Below, piece by piece: positions 1-16,215 of a stretch of DNA of 64,000 nucleotides. A program made the position numbers and the translations under genes. This DNA comes from the human T2T-CHM13v2.0 reference genome, Homo sapiens. The first letter of the stretch is position 1. Each line of letters starts with the position of its first letter. The stretch lies in assembly GCF_009914755.1 (NCBI RefSeq), contig NC_060925.1; one strand, given 5' to 3'. The notes below the pieces were generated by a model, which saw nothing but the letters and a program-made list of their open reading frames with translations, did not search any database and was not told where the DNA came from.

Positions 1-847
<847 letters not shown>

Positions 848-1289
848 TCAAAGTTTATTTAACCAACCAATATAAAAATAAAAGTTTGATCTGTTATGCA
901 ATTATAAACGTTTATAATATAACATATTATTTTATTAATTTATTTGATGAACCATAGTAAAAGCTCATAAGCAGGGTCGAGAGGCAGAAGTTATATTCTC
1001 AAGATTTTATGCTTCAGAATATTAACTAAGGGGGCTTCTGCCTCTGACAAAGATGGTATAACCGGAACCAGATTTGGCCTTCCACAAGAAACAACGAAAA
1101 ACCCTGAAAAAAAAAAAGGGAGAAAAAATGGTTTTTAAGACAATGAATATTAAGCAAGTAAAAATGGTAATCTTTCAAAGGTGAAAACTAACTGAGGTGA
1201 GCTTATGATTGTCCCATTTTACCGTCTGAAGGAATTTCTCATGTTGCAGCTTTGTGAGAGGAATCTAACACCTGCAGAATTCTTTCAAC

Positions 1290-1420
1290 TTTGCCATGTT
1301 CTATTGGCTAGACACAAGTCACAGAATCTTACCCATAAAACAAAGGCAGAAGGTTATACAAGGGAAGAGCATCAGGAGGTGGGAATTTTAGAGGTCACCC
1401 TAAAGTTTGTCTGCTACAAT
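1290..1420 (-). mobile_element. MaLR LTR (MLT1-type) fragment
   Basis: 'ttctattggctagacacaagtcac...caggaggtgggaatt...ctgctaca' resembles an MLT1 LTR end. Confidence 0.5.
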
Positions 1421-1480
1421 TATAAAAAATTTCATGTCTTTAATTGAAAAACTTAGATAAAATGGAAAATTTCTTTAAAA

Positions 1481-1626
1481 AGCTATGCACCTTAGGACAA
1501 TTATGTAATTATTGAGACCAATAATCACATAGTCACATTATGAAAAGTATTTATTACATGCTGTTCATGATACTGTAATTTATTTCGGCTTTTCAAGTAG
1601 AAAACTGTTGTCTGCAGCAAGGCTCT
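1481..1626 (+). repeat. 146-bp dispersed direct repeat, copy 1
   Basis: Aligns without gaps to 3238-3383; 6 mismatches counted by eye. Confidence 0.95.
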
Positions 1627-1664
1627 TTAAAGAAAGATTTTTCCCTAATGTTTAAATCATGTTA

Positions 1665-1845
1665 TTGAGAATAGCCAAATACAATAGGAAGACCAAATAT
1701 CCTTCAACAGACGAATGAATAAACAAATTGGAATATCCATACAACAGAACAGTATTTAAGCAATAAAAACAGAACTAACAACTACATGCAACAACATGGA
1801 TTAATCTCAAAATAATTATGTAAGTGAAAGAAGCACAGCCAAGGA
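1665..1845 (+). mobile_element. Old L1M (MC/ME-type) ORF2 3' fragment
   Basis: 'ccaaatatccttcaacag...gaataaacaaattg...catgcaacaacatggattaatctcaaaataattatg...agtgaaagaagc'. Confidence 0.7.
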
Positions 1846-3237
1846 ATCAACCAATGCACCAAGTGAAAAAAGAAGCATGAAATCTAGACTTAATGTTTCT
1901 TTCCTCTCTCTGATCCTGGCACCCAAAGGCCTGGCTATCCTAGTCACTTTCTACTGCATTTAAAAAACTTTTTAAAAATGTTTAATTAATATTCAGCATT
2001 TCTAGTTCTTGGGATAATGATTGGTTTGGCATAAGCTACACTGTCAGAGCAGATCTCCATCTCTTAAATGTGGAACTTAAAACAGAGAACATAGTATCAT
2101 GATTTATAAGCTGCAATATCATCAAATTGGTATTTGAGAAAGTGTAAATAAAACTGTTTAAAATTTGTTTTTACTAAATACACATTTTTTAATTCTGAAA
2201 AGTGGTCAGCTCATGGAGTTTCTAGCTTTTGAATGGAAAATAATTGTCAGATGGACATAACCTACCAATTTAATAATATTTTTTGGTTTTTCCACCAGAG
2301 TAGTTACATGTGTTTAATATTACCAAAGTATGTTCATACAGGTGTGTTTTTTTTTAAATTCTGTGTAGTCAGATCACTGCTTGAATTAGCACTACTAACA
2401 ATAATTTTGTCTACTGATAAAATTATGCATTTGACAGAAATTATTTTAATCACAGAAAATGAGCCACCTAAATGAGATAATGGCAGTGATAAGACTGAAA
2501 TAAAGGGAGAAAAATACGATGAAACAAAAAGAGGGATAGCAGAACACAGACAAAATCCTTTGCAGAATAAGTACCTCTATTTTGCAAGATAGTCATCAGC
2601 ATTAACATCACTTAACATTTTATTGACTTTTCCTAAAATTTGGTGTTTTAAATGAAACATACAATTTTATATATATAACAAATCCAAATGTTAATTATTC
2701 ATAGCATAGATTTGTAAATAAGCAATCTCAGAGATAAACATATAATATATGACAGAACTGATATTTAAACACAATTCTGACATCCGATATTTCCTGGTTG
2801 TAGTCTAAGAAAGAAATTTAATTACATTATTTTCACCTATTTAATAATCTTGCAACAAAAGAGAAATTTTAACGAACCACTGTCTTGTTTTTGTAACTTC
2901 TAATAACAATGATTTGTTATTTCTTATGGAAACAATTTTAATAGGCTAATCATGCCTGCTCTGAGCATCTTTCCAATAAGTCAATGACAGTTTATAAGGA
3001 TCAAATGGCTAAAATTTGATTGTTATTATCTCTTTATAAAAAAACTTACACTTTTTTTTAAAGGAATCAATGAAAGAAACATATCCCCCTATTTCAAAGC
3101 TCCCATTACATATTTGTTTTTTTCTACCCATGATTTGGGATATATGGGATTTGAGCCATATATTCTCCTGATCTAGGTTGACCTTTAAGCTTAATGGTTT
3201 TTATATGTGTTTAAAAACTGACAGCATTTCTCTAATG

Positions 3238-3383
3238 AGCTATGCACCTTAGGACAATTATGTATTTATTGAGACCAATAATCACATAGTCACATTATGA
3301 AAAGTATTTATTTCATGCTGTTCATGATACTGTAATTTCTTTCAGCTTTTAAAGTAGAAAACTGTTGTCTGCAGCAAGACTCT
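3238..3383 (+). repeat. 146-bp dispersed direct repeat, copy 2
   Basis: See 1481-1626. Confidence 0.95.
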
Positions 3384-5059
3384 GAAGTTATTGCTTTCAT
3401 ATTGGACATACTGGCTATGTTGTATATATTATTTTATCTACTTAAAAAAATCCAAAAATTTCTTAAAAACCTATCTTGACGCATAAAATTCATGACGTTC
3501 AAGGGAAACCTTAGCAAAATAAATTATTTTGCAACATAGTCATGTAATTGGGCCCATAATAAGAGATGGGTGGAGGTGGAACATGCTGATTTATTGGTCT
3601 AAACACTAATTATTAAAAATAATATTTATATAAAAAGGCTTCACATTTAAAAAAATAGTTTTTTTTTTGAGCTGCAGATGTCATGAATAAAATTACTGAG
3701 ACCCTAAGGGCATCATGGATGGAGAAAGTTTGCTAATTTGTAGAATAATAGTTTTGTAGTAAAGAGGGGCTATTATTATAGGTTAGTTCAGGAAAATGTA
3801 GAAATTCTGAAATTTGACAAAAACTAAATGTGTAACTGTGAATAATAAGCCTGAGAGACTGCATTTAAAACCCAAATATCTCCTCTCAGATTGTGTTTGG
3901 ATAAGCCTTGCTCTCATCAATTGAACAGCAATTTCAATAGGACTATTTCTCTGCTCAAATTGACTCAAATTTGTAACCATGAAATTTTATTCCTTTTAAT
4001 GAAATAATTTTTAATAGATACTTTAAAGACTATTTTTAAATAAAACAATAATGAGCCCAATATAACTGTTTCCTCTCAATTTCCTGTGCTAATTATTGTA
4101 ATTAGAAGTACTTGCTCGCTTTTTAATACTACACAGCTGAAACAGGTAACCTTTAGCCACTTTGACTGTCACCATAACATTTTAATGATTAAAACTTTTG
4201 ACAGTTTGTTCTCAAATGTTCAGGCATTCAGATTACATAGAATACTAATTGCAGTACTTTTTAAAAGCTATCTGAAGTTATAGCTACTGAAACCATAAAT
4301 GAAGAAAAATAAAAAAATACTGTTGTGTAGCTCTGCATCCCTCTGCTGTGATATTTCTTTTTCTTTTCCTAGGAAAGGAATGAGCAGAGTTCTGTCTAAG
4401 ACAAGCAAAGACCAATGGTCTCATTTGGTTAAGCTATTTTTTCATATATTTTTTGCACAAGATACACAGAAATATACTTACAAACCAATCTTACTCTTTT
4501 TAACCTTTATATAACACACCTTCATATCAATTAGGTCTTTTTTACAAATTGCTTCTTAATTTTCAACTGACATTGTTTTCAAAATAATACAACTAATTTA
4601 AATACTAAATTGCCTTTAAAACAATGCTATGAATGTAGTTAATATTTTCATGTAAATGCTATAGTACACAAAATATATTTACATTAATTGTCTCATGTGA
4701 AGCTCATAACTACTCTATATTATCAGGACAGAAGAAAAAATACCCCCAAAATAGTATCAATTTTCAACAATCATCCTTGATGTTAGTTGACAGAAATCAC
4801 ATTTTAAGACTAGATAACTCAAAATCAAATGCATTATGTCACATCAATGTTTTAGAGTTAATTAAAAATATTGGCAAGTTCTATTGTGTTTTACGTTTTT
4901 TTTTTTTCAGTAAACATATTTTGGAAAGAAAATTTCAAGAGCCTTCAATAATATTACATGCTCTTCATTTTCATTAGAGTTGTGATTTTTTCTCTCTTTT
5001 CCTTTAATCAACATTAACTTGTTGAAAGATAATTTGCAACAATTCTGTGAAGTTTTTCT

Positions 5060-5277
5060 ATAGCAGTGGCCTGTGGGGCAGTGGGCCTACCTTGGCTGGC
5101 AAATTTTTTGAAACCAAAGTTTTATTTAAACACAGACACTCCCATTTATTCACGTATTGTTTATGGATGCTTTAATGCTCCAATGTCAGTGTTGAGTGAT
5201 TATGACAGAGACTGTATGGTCTACAAAGCAGAAAGCATTTACTATCTTGTGTTCTAAAAAAGAGTTTGGCAACCCTG
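5060..5277 (+). mobile_element. MER58A-like hAT-Charlie DNA transposon (MITE)
   Basis: 'aaagttttatttaaacacagacactcccatttattcacgtattgtttatgg...gacagagactgtatgg...catttactatct...gtttggcaaccctg' follows the MER58A consensus. Confidence 0.85.
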
Positions 5278-5724
5278 TTCTGTAATAACTAATATGATCA
5301 AGCAATCTATACTACATTTCTAACTATTAAACCCAAGTTGAATAAGCAGGTGGGATGAAAACATTTTAAATGAAGCTATGGCTGCAGGGGTCATAACATA
5401 TTTTTTAAGTCAAGATGAGTGAACTTTGAGTCACAGGTCTAACATTAGACTAATTTTTCTATCTATTTTATTTTCTTGTTTGATTTCTCCTAAATTTCAT
5501 TACTTCACTATTAGATAGAATAGCATTTATTTTTCATCCTAGGTATTTAAGGATAAATTAGGTTAAAAAGAAGAGAGAAAGAAACAAATCATTCCAGTCA
5601 GAAAGAAGAGCCTATGTAAACACATGTAAGAATAAGGAAACATATCGATATTGCTGGAGCAAAGGATATGTAGCGAAACACTTAAAATTAATTTAGGGTT
5701 AGTGTGTAACTTCTCAGCATATGC

Positions 5725-6231
5725 CCATTACAGGTGACAATTTTTTCACCATCTCCCCCCTAGAGGTAGGAGCTATAGCTTTCCTGTTAGAATATTGGCA
5801 GACTATTGACTACTTTGACTAATATAAGAAAAATGACACTGTTTAATTTTCTGAACCTATCTTTAAGAGACTGTCAGTTTTCACTTGCTGTCTTTTAAAT
5901 ACTCACTCTTAGAATCCAGTTACCATATTGCGAGGAGCTCAAGCCACAAGGAAAGACATACAGAGTTGCCCCAGCAAATAGCCTCAGCTAAGTTGGCCAA
6001 CAGGCCCAGTATGATGTGACTGAGTCATCCAGGACATTCAGCTCTGTTGGGTCTAGTCTTTAGAAGACTGTACCCTAAGTCATTGTCTGAAAGCAATCAC
6101 ATGAGAGACTCTGCTCAAAAAGTACCCCGCTGTGCCACTCAACCCATAGAATGTGAATGATAATAATAAATTGGTATTTTAAGACTTCAAGATTTGATGT
6201 GATTTATTATGCAGCAATGTATCATCAGATC
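5725..6231 (+). mobile_element. MaLR LTR (MLT1F/G-like)
   Basis: Typical MLT1 body and end 'aataataaattgg...ttttaag...ttattatgcagcaat'. Confidence 0.7.
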
Positions 6232-6949
6232 ATGGAGTATCAAAATATTCAGACATTGCATGTCCATGTGTCTAAATATTTTAGGTTTTTAAATAGATGA
6301 CCAAAAGAAATACCAATAATTTTGCATAATGGGTAACACTTAAGCTACGGTGATTCACAAACTCAAAAAGCTTGTAATTGAAAAAAGAAATAATATTTAC
6401 TTGATTTTGTCTCTGAATTTCTTTATGACTAGTACTCACTTCTAATATAACCACTTCTAATATACTGTCTGCTAATGTAATATACCTAAATTATAAATTG
6501 AATTATACTTTTCTTTCCTACAGTGAGCCTCAATTTAACAAATGTAAATAGAAACCTGAAAAATACATAGGATATTCTAGATTAAGAATTTCTGTTTATA
6601 TTTTAAGCAAAATCTTCAAGGCTTTAAGTAAATATGTTCATATTGACCAGTCCTTAAAATTAACAAAAACCTTTAGTAAATCTTCATATTTAGACAACGA
6701 TGTTCAAAAACAATGGTTGCAATGTAAACTAAAATCTGAAATCAATTTACTGAAATATAGAAAGCATTAAAATATTGTAGTGAAACTCATTGCTTATTAA
6801 CAATTTAGTTTAATTAAAATAATACACTGATTTGATATTGAAATATCTTTATATATTTATCTGAAAATTGTTGTTTTCTATAAGCTGCTTGTAGAATTAA
6901 TAAAGAATGTTTCCCTGTGGATTTCAGGGGATTTTTTTAATTGAAAACT

Positions 6950-7652
6950 TCACACCAGTTAGAATGATGATCATTAAAAAGTCAGGAAACAACAGGTGCT
7001 GGAGAGGATGTGGAGAAGTAGGAACACTTCTACACTGTTGGTGGGACTGTAAACTAGTTCAACCATTGTGGAAGACAGTCTGGCGATTCCCCAGGGATCT
7101 AGAACTAGAAATACCATTTGACCCAGCCATCCCATTACTGGGTATATACCCAAAGGATTATAAATCATGCTGCTATAAAGACACATGCACACGTATGTTT
7201 ATTGCGGCACTATTCACAATAGCAAAGACTTGGAACCAACCCAAATGTCCATCAATGATCAACTGGATTAAGAAAATGTGGCACATATACACCATGGAAT
7301 ACTACGCAGCCATAAAAAAGGATGAGTTCATGTCCTTTGTAGGGACATGGATGAAGCTGGAAACCATCATTCTGAGCAAACTATCGCAAGGATAAAAAAC
7401 CAAACACTGCATGTTCTCACTCACAGGTGGGAATTGAACAATGAGAACACCTGGACACAGGAAGGGGAACATCACACACCAGGGCCTGTTGTGGGGTGGG
7501 GGTAGTGGGGAGGGATAGCATTAGGCGATATACCTAATGTAAATGACCAGTTAATGGGTGCAGCACACTAACATGGCACATGTATACATATGTAACAAAC
7601 CTGTACGTTGTGCACATGTACCCTAGAACTTAAAGTATAATAATAAAAAAAA
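6950..7652 (+). mobile_element. L1PA (PA4-PA5-like), 5'-truncated
   Basis: ORF2 C-terminus in ORF 6907-7395 ([25 protein letters not shown]), G-rich 3'UTR, 'tacccTAGAACTTAAAGTATAAT' then poly-A. Confidence 0.95.
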
Positions 7653-7879
7653 GATTAATGTAAACAACCTCCTATTTCTAAAATATTCTAAATCTCTAAT
7701 TAATATTAAATATTTTGAGGAAAGAAATTTTGAAGAGATTTTATGCCAAAAATGATAATAGTCTATGGCACATACTTAGAATTTATAAAACCCAGATTAC
7801 CAAAGGACATTCTGTAAGAAGGCATCAAATGAAATATAATTTTAAATCAAAAATAAAATATAAAAGTGTTAAATATTAA

Positions 7880-8165
7880 GTTGTTATTTGATTATATTAG
7901 TAAGTTATTGTTTATTTTCTTAGGTGTTACAATGGAATTTTGGTTATGCAGAAAATTTATTGTTTTGAAGAGACTCATGCTGCACTATTTAGGATAAAGT
8001 ATCATAAGTATAATGTACTTGCAGACACTTAGCAAACAATACATATATGACTATAAATAATTATGTGCACATACTACAAAAGTGAGTGTATTTTCATTTT
8101 AGATAATAGTTGTATTCTTATCCATTGTACTATTCTTTTAACCTTTGTATTATTAATGCTATACA
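7880..8165 (+). mobile_element. Old L1ME 3'UTR fragment
   Basis: 'ttattgtttattttcttaggtgttacaatgg...ggttatg...cattgtactattcttttaacctt'. Confidence 0.55.
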
Positions 8166-8186
8166 TAAACAATTGACAAAGGTAGC

Positions 8187-8520
8187 TTTTTCCCCAACTT
8201 AATTAAGGCATAATTGACAAATGAAAATTGCATGTATTTAAAGCATACAAGAAGACGTTTAGATATATGTATACATTGCGAATGATTAGCACAATCAAAT
8301 TAATCCACATACCACCTCACATAATTACTGTGATGAAAACAAGATCCATATTCTTAGCCAATTTCAACTATATAATAAAGTATTAACTATAGTCATCATG
8401 TTGTGTACACTAGAGATTCAGAACTTACTCATCCGACAGAAATTTTGTGCTCTTTGGTCAACATCCTCCCATTTCCCCTACCCACAGCCACTGACAACTA
8501 CCATTCTACTCTGCTTTTCC
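8187..8520 (-). mobile_element. L1MA (MA8/9-like) 3' end
   Basis: 'aattgacaaatgaaaattg...tatgtatacattg...ttaactatagtcatcatgttg...gaacttactcatc...accattctactct'. Confidence 0.8.
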
Positions 8521-10892
8521 TATTATGGTTGTATTGCTATTTTAATCTCCCCTCGCATTTGTTAAAATTTGCAATACATATTTAGGTGCCCCAATATGAA
8601 TGCCATATATATTTAAAATTGTTACATCCTCTTGATGAATAAACTCTTTATGATGATAAATTATAATTACATAATAATTTTTTTGTGATATGTTTTACTT
8701 AAAGTACATTTTTTCTGACATAAATACAGCTACTCTTACTCTTTTTGGTTATTATTTTTATGGAGTACATTTTTTCATCCCTTCAGTTTCAGCCTATGTG
8801 TGTCCTTAAAGCTGAAATTAATATCTTGTAATCAGTTTATTGTTTTAGCTTATTCTTTTGTTTTGTTTTATTTTTCTGTGTATTTCCTTTTTCCATTCAA
8901 TCACTTTGTGTCTTTTGATAGAAAAATTTAATCTACATTTAAAATAAGTATTCATAGGTTAAGAATTGCCATTTCATTGTTTCCTGACTATTTTATAGCT
9001 ACTTTTTTGTTGTTTATTTTTTCTGTCTTCCTTTGTGATTTAGTGGCCTTTTTGCATATTTACTAGAAGTTTTTTTTTTTTTTGTAGTTACCACAAGGCT
9101 TACACAGGCCATCATATAATTATAACAGTCTATTTCATGGTGAGAACTTACCTTCAATCATATACAGAATCTCTACACTTCAACTTCTCCTCTCCTTATA
9201 TTTTATGATACTGATGTCACAATTTTTATCCTTTTATACTTGTATATCCATTATTCAATTTTTATAATTATAGTTATTCAGAATACTTTCATATTTAAAC
9301 CTTTGTACTAGAGTTAAAAGTGATTTACACAACACCAGTACAATTTTACATTATTCTGTATTTTCTATATATTTCCCTTAATCAATACAATGTATGTCTT
9401 TGCATGCTTTTGTGTTGTTGGTTAGCATCTTTTCATTTTAATTTTAAAAACTCCCTTTTGTAAAGCAGGTCTAGTGGCAATGAACTACCTCAAATTTGTT
9501 TGTCTGGAAAAGCCTTTATTTCTCATTCATTTTTAAAGGACATTTTATCCAGGTATAGTTTTTTTTTTAACTGGCAGTATTTTTCTTTCAGTTTTTTAGA
9601 TATGTCTTTCCATGCTTTCCTGACCTTCCAGGTTTCTGCTGAGAAATTCACTGATAGCCTCAAAAGAGTTCTCTTTTATGTGATGAAACCTTTTCTATGG
9701 CTTCTTTAAAAATTATACCTTCGTCTTTGACTTTTGAAAAGTTGATTATATCTCAGTGTAATCTTTCATGGACTCCGCTTGGAGAATTTTGAAGTTTCTT
9801 ACTCTGAATGTCCACATCCCTCCCAAGATTGGAGATGTTTTCAGCCATTATTTTTTTAAATAAGCTTCCTGCCCCTTTCTTTATCTCTTTCCTCTGAGAT
9901 TTCAATAATGCATGTTGGTTTGCTTGATGATGTCTCATAAATTCCATCGACTTTCTTCACTCTTTTTCATTCCTTTTTTCTCCTCTGATTGCATAATTTC
10001 AAATGACTTACCTGTTTTCACAGATTCTTTCTTCTGCTTAATCTGTCCTTGAAGACATGTATTGCATTTTTAAATTTTATTTATTGTATTCTTGAGCTAA
10101 AGAATTTATGTTTTGTTCTCTTTTATTATATCTATATCTTCGCTTAACTTCTTTGTTAGGCAATTAGTAGATCTCCATTGGGGCAATGAAATATAAAAAA
10201 AAAAATGTGTTCCTTGGCTAGTGTCATGTTTCCTTGATTTTTTTTTTCCTTTGAAATCTTACATTGATATCTTCACATTTAAAGAAGCAGCCACCTTCTT
10301 CAGTCTTTACTGACTGGCTTTAGGAGAGAAAGATCTTCATCAATCAGCTTAGTATCTAGGGATTCTGTGAGACTCTAAAACCAAAGACCTACTCCCTTCT
10401 TCTTGTTCACTTTGTGGGGGAGTGTTAGGAGTGTATTTTTTCTCTCAATTCTGAAAAACCATGCTGCATGATGAGAACCTACAACTTATTTTCTCTGGAA
10501 CAGTGCCCTGAATTGTACAAGGTATATGACTTCTCCTAATCCTGCAGACTGAAGTCAGCTTTCTTTGGGCATATGATTTGCAGAGGCTCACATATGCCAT
10601 CTTCTTCTAAAAGGCATGGGGTACATACAGTGATGAAGGCATGCATGGACTAACTGGGGGGGATTCACAGCCGATGCATCCTGAAAGGTTTATGATGGAG
10701 TCCATAAGACGATTAGTAGAAACTGTGGCCCTTTAAAGTGGAGTGAGGAAAACATGCAGCTCCTGTGCAGTATCTCACATGGTTGGGTGTTCAATACACT
10801 CTTACTTTTCCTTGTAGGAGTTATTATGGGCTGAAGGGCTCTCTCTTGGCATTCAGCTGTGCCACCTTTGGGGAGAGTGGTGATGTATATAA

Positions 10893-12535
<1,643 letters not shown>

Positions 12536-14139
12536 TTGTTTTTCTTTCTTTTTAATCTGTCTGTTTTTAGATATTTTTGTTCCAACCAAGTGCTGGGATC
12601 TATCTGGTGGATTCCCCAAATGCACTCTCATCCATGCTAGGTTCTGTGGACAAATGAGAGTTGAAAACTCCTGTTTTACTATCTTGTTAATGTCACTCTG
12701 AGTATAGTGATAAATAACTTTGTGGCAAGGACCAATATGAAAGTCGTTTTCTCATTTTGGTAAAAAATTAATTGCTTTTTTTTTCAAATGAAATATTTTT
12801 GAAATAGTGTTCACTGTAGGTACCGTTTTTCTCTTTTAAGTACATAACATTGATAGTAGAGTCCGTGAGGAAGGGATATTTGCATTAAATTAATGATAAG
12901 TCAGTTGTAATATCTTAGATATAAGATGAGTAGACTACATTGGCATTTCCTTGCCAAACTGTAACTTTCAGGCTAGCAGGAAAAACATTTGTTCTCCATT
13001 ATATATGCCAAATTTCTGTCACACAGTAGGTCCTCAATAAATCTTTGTTGAATGCTTTTATCCCTAGTTGAATTCCTTGATGCTTTGTCAGACCCCATTT
13101 TAAGCTAAATCTACTTGACATGCAGAACTTTGCTCGTGAAAGTTCTCATGATTCTGGAACCCATCTAAAGTGACAGCCCCTTGCAATTTATTTGAGTCTC
13201 GTAATTTGTATCCAGAAGAGTAATAAGCCTTAGCCCAAAGGTAACTGAATAGGAAAATGTCATTCTCTATAATAGCACTATTATTCAAATTATATGCTAT
13301 TTGTTCTATTAATCCTGTTTATACTCATCCCATTCTGTAGAGTTAATTAAATTGGATGATCAATTAACTTAGGATTTCCTCTAATGAATCAGAGGGCAAG
13401 AATTCTTGGGAAAGACTTCTATAAGCCTAATTTTTGCTATCAGTAATATGGACTTCTACCATAGAAGAATACAAGATAATTGGGATTATTCACTGTCCAT
13501 AGTGTCCATGTTGTTAAAATGTATTGAAATTACAATTACAATGTGTTAGATAAATGTATGTTATTACGCTAAAACTGGTGGGGTCTTTCTGTACAATGTT
13601 AATAATTTGACAATATTATACCTCTGGTACAGATTTCTGGGATTTTGTCCAAGAATATGAATTAGCCCTAATTCTATACATATTAAATCCTTATGTGTCT
13701 TGTATTAAATAGATGGTTTTTTGAATTTAATAACATCAAAACTTCTTTATTATATGTGCTACATATTTTAGGTAATTACATTTTGAAATTGGCATTAGAT
13801 TTATTTCATGTTCAATATTTGTGGAATTAAGAAGATTTATGTAATGTGATCCACTTGTCTAAAGATATTTCCTGAATTTAAAAGGGCAACTCTTTTCAAT
13901 ATCATTTATTATTACATTTTTATAAGATTAAACTTTATTCCATTGGAGAGGCAGAGGACACAATTCATCTACCATCTTAAACAACAATATTAACTTTTAA
14001 TCAACAGTCACACTTCAGTAGCCTATGCTAAAAGAGATTAAAAATTATGATTTTCATCCTCAGTGAAATTTTTATCCTTCAAATAACTGCTCTCCCATTC
14101 AGTTGCAAAATTATACTAGTTAAATGACTGTCCCAATTA

Positions 14140-14340
14140 TAATAGCAATAATAATGTGCTAGATACTGTTCAGAGTACTTTATAGTAATGTTTGTTTATA
14201 ACAACATATAAGGTAGGTACAGTCATTATTGCCACTTTCTGGTGTAGAAACATAGGTAAAGAGATATTAAGAAACACATTCAAGGTCACAGAGCTAGGAA
14301 GGTTAAAACTCTAATTCAAACTTTGTCTCCAAAGTTTCTA
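14140..14340 (-). mobile_element. MIR SINE
   Basis: Core 'aggtaggtac...attattgccact...caaggtcacagagctagg...aattcaaac'. Confidence 0.75.
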
Positions 14341-14512
14341 GTTGTATTATATCATTGTGCTACCTTTTGAGATTCCCAAAATCTGGAATGAAGAATTGAT
14401 GAGAATGGATAAGTCAGAGACAGTAATAAATTTTGCTTGCCCCCAATTGGAATAGAGAATTTATAGACCACAAATCACACTGCATTTGGAAGAGGATCTC
14501 ACTCAGAATACA

Positions 14513-14929
14513 TGTATTGGTTTCCTAAGGTTGCAGCAAGAAGTTACCATAAACTTGGTAGACTAAAACAACAGAAATTTTTCTCTTGTAATTCCTGAGG
14601 CCAGAAGTTCAAAATCATAATGTTAGCAGGGTTACCTTTTAAAGCCACAAGGGGAGATTGCTTTGGGGACTCCTCCAGTTCCTGGTATTTTCAGGTATTC
14701 CTTGGCTGTGGCAGCAAAACTCCCGTCTCTCCCTTTTTCTTCACGTGGCTTTCTTTCCTGTGTCTCCTCTGTTTACATGTCATCTTCCCTTTTCTTTCTT
14801 ATAATCTCAATTCTGGTTGCTTAACTTAATTATGTCAGCAAGGTAACGTTTTCCAAATAAAGTCACCTTTGTAGGTTCCAGGGATAAGGTATTAGACATC
14901 TTTTTGAGGCCATTATTCAAAAAGACACA
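14513..14929 (-). mobile_element. MLT1C-like MaLR solo LTR
   Basis: 'tgtattggtttcctaaggttgc...aaaacaacagaaattt...gaggccagaagt'; imperfect 5-bp TSD ataca/gtaca. Confidence 0.8.
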
Positions 14930-15344
14930 GTACATATTTCTAGATCATAGATTAAAGACTTGCCTTACTTGACCAATCTTTGGGCAATTGGAGGATAGTA
15001 TTTATTTAATATAAAACAAAATAAATCCTGGTTAAACCATCAAAAATAATTTTTCAAAGAAAATTTAGTTGAAATCAGAAGCTATTTAAGTATGTTTACA
15101 AAATAGTAGAATTACCTATGTTTAAAATAAAATTTAGACAGATGAAGGCTTAACACAAAGCCTCCTAGAAATAAAATAATCTTAGGTTTTTTTTAACAAA
15201 AATATAAAAGGGGATTGGTAAGATACTGCTTTTTACAAACCACTTTTCATTTAACAAATAAGTCCTTTCTTCCCAGAAGCTACACTTTAGAAAGAAGTTG
15301 GGCTGACAAAACCTGAAAAAAAAATCTTCCTAATATTCACAAAG

Positions 15345-16215
15345 GAATCTCACTGTTGAGTATATATCCATGCTTCTATGCTTATTGCAGCACTATTTAG
15401 AATAGCCAATATATGGAGCTAAGCGTTCATCAGTGGATGAATGGATAAAGCAAATGTGGAACATATACACAATGAAATATTTTTTAGCCATAAAAGGAAT
15501 AAAATTCTATCATTTGCAATAAACTAGACAGGACTGTAGAACCTTATGTTAAGTGAAATAAACCAGGTACAGAAAGACAAATATTGCATGTTCTTTCTCA
15601 TATGTGGAAGCTAAAACACACCGATCTCATGGATACAGAGAGAAGAATAATGGTTACCAGAAGGTGTGAAGGGTTGATGGGGATAAAGAAGAATAGTGAA
15701 TGGGTATAAAAAACATAGTTAGATAAAAGAAGTAAGATCTAGGGTTCAGTGACACAACAGGGTGACTATACTTAATGATAATTTATTTTATATATAATAT
15801 GTATATTATATATAATATTTTATATATAGTATATAATATGTATATTATGTAATATTTTATATAGCATATATGTATATTATATATAATCTTTTATATATAG
15901 TATATAATATGTATATTATATATTATATAATTATATAATTATGTATTATATAAAATATATTATATAATATATAATTATATATTTTTTGAAATATAGATTA
16001 TATATAATATATATGGCAGTGAGCTGAGATATAATATATATTATCTATACTATATAATATATATTATATATACTCTATATTATATATGTATATATTATAT
16101 ATAATATATACATATATAATGTGTATATATTATATATAATAAATTATCTGATATAATATAATATACGATGTATATTATATATACATATACAATATATTTC
16201 AAAATAGCAAAAGTA
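15345..16215 (+). mobile_element. L1MA 3' fragment interrupted by an AT-rich array
   Basis: 'ttattgcagcactatt...atgttaagtgaaataaaccaggtacagaaagacaaa...'; L1 text 'atttatt-tatatttcaaaatagc' split by the array. Confidence 0.85.
15790..16197. repeat. AT-rich minisatellite / (TA)n low-complexity array
   Basis: ~39-bp unit tatataatatgtatattatatataatattttatatatag at the left end, degenerating to TA-rich sequence. Confidence 0.9.

Noticed and set aside
3500-4500. Unique-looking stretch with several TAATT/ATTA homeodomain-like motifs
   Set aside because: Expected at this AT content; cannot call an enhancer without conservation data
13091-13240. AG...GT-bounded 150-bp candidate exon on +
   Set aside because: Stops in all three frames and no independent support
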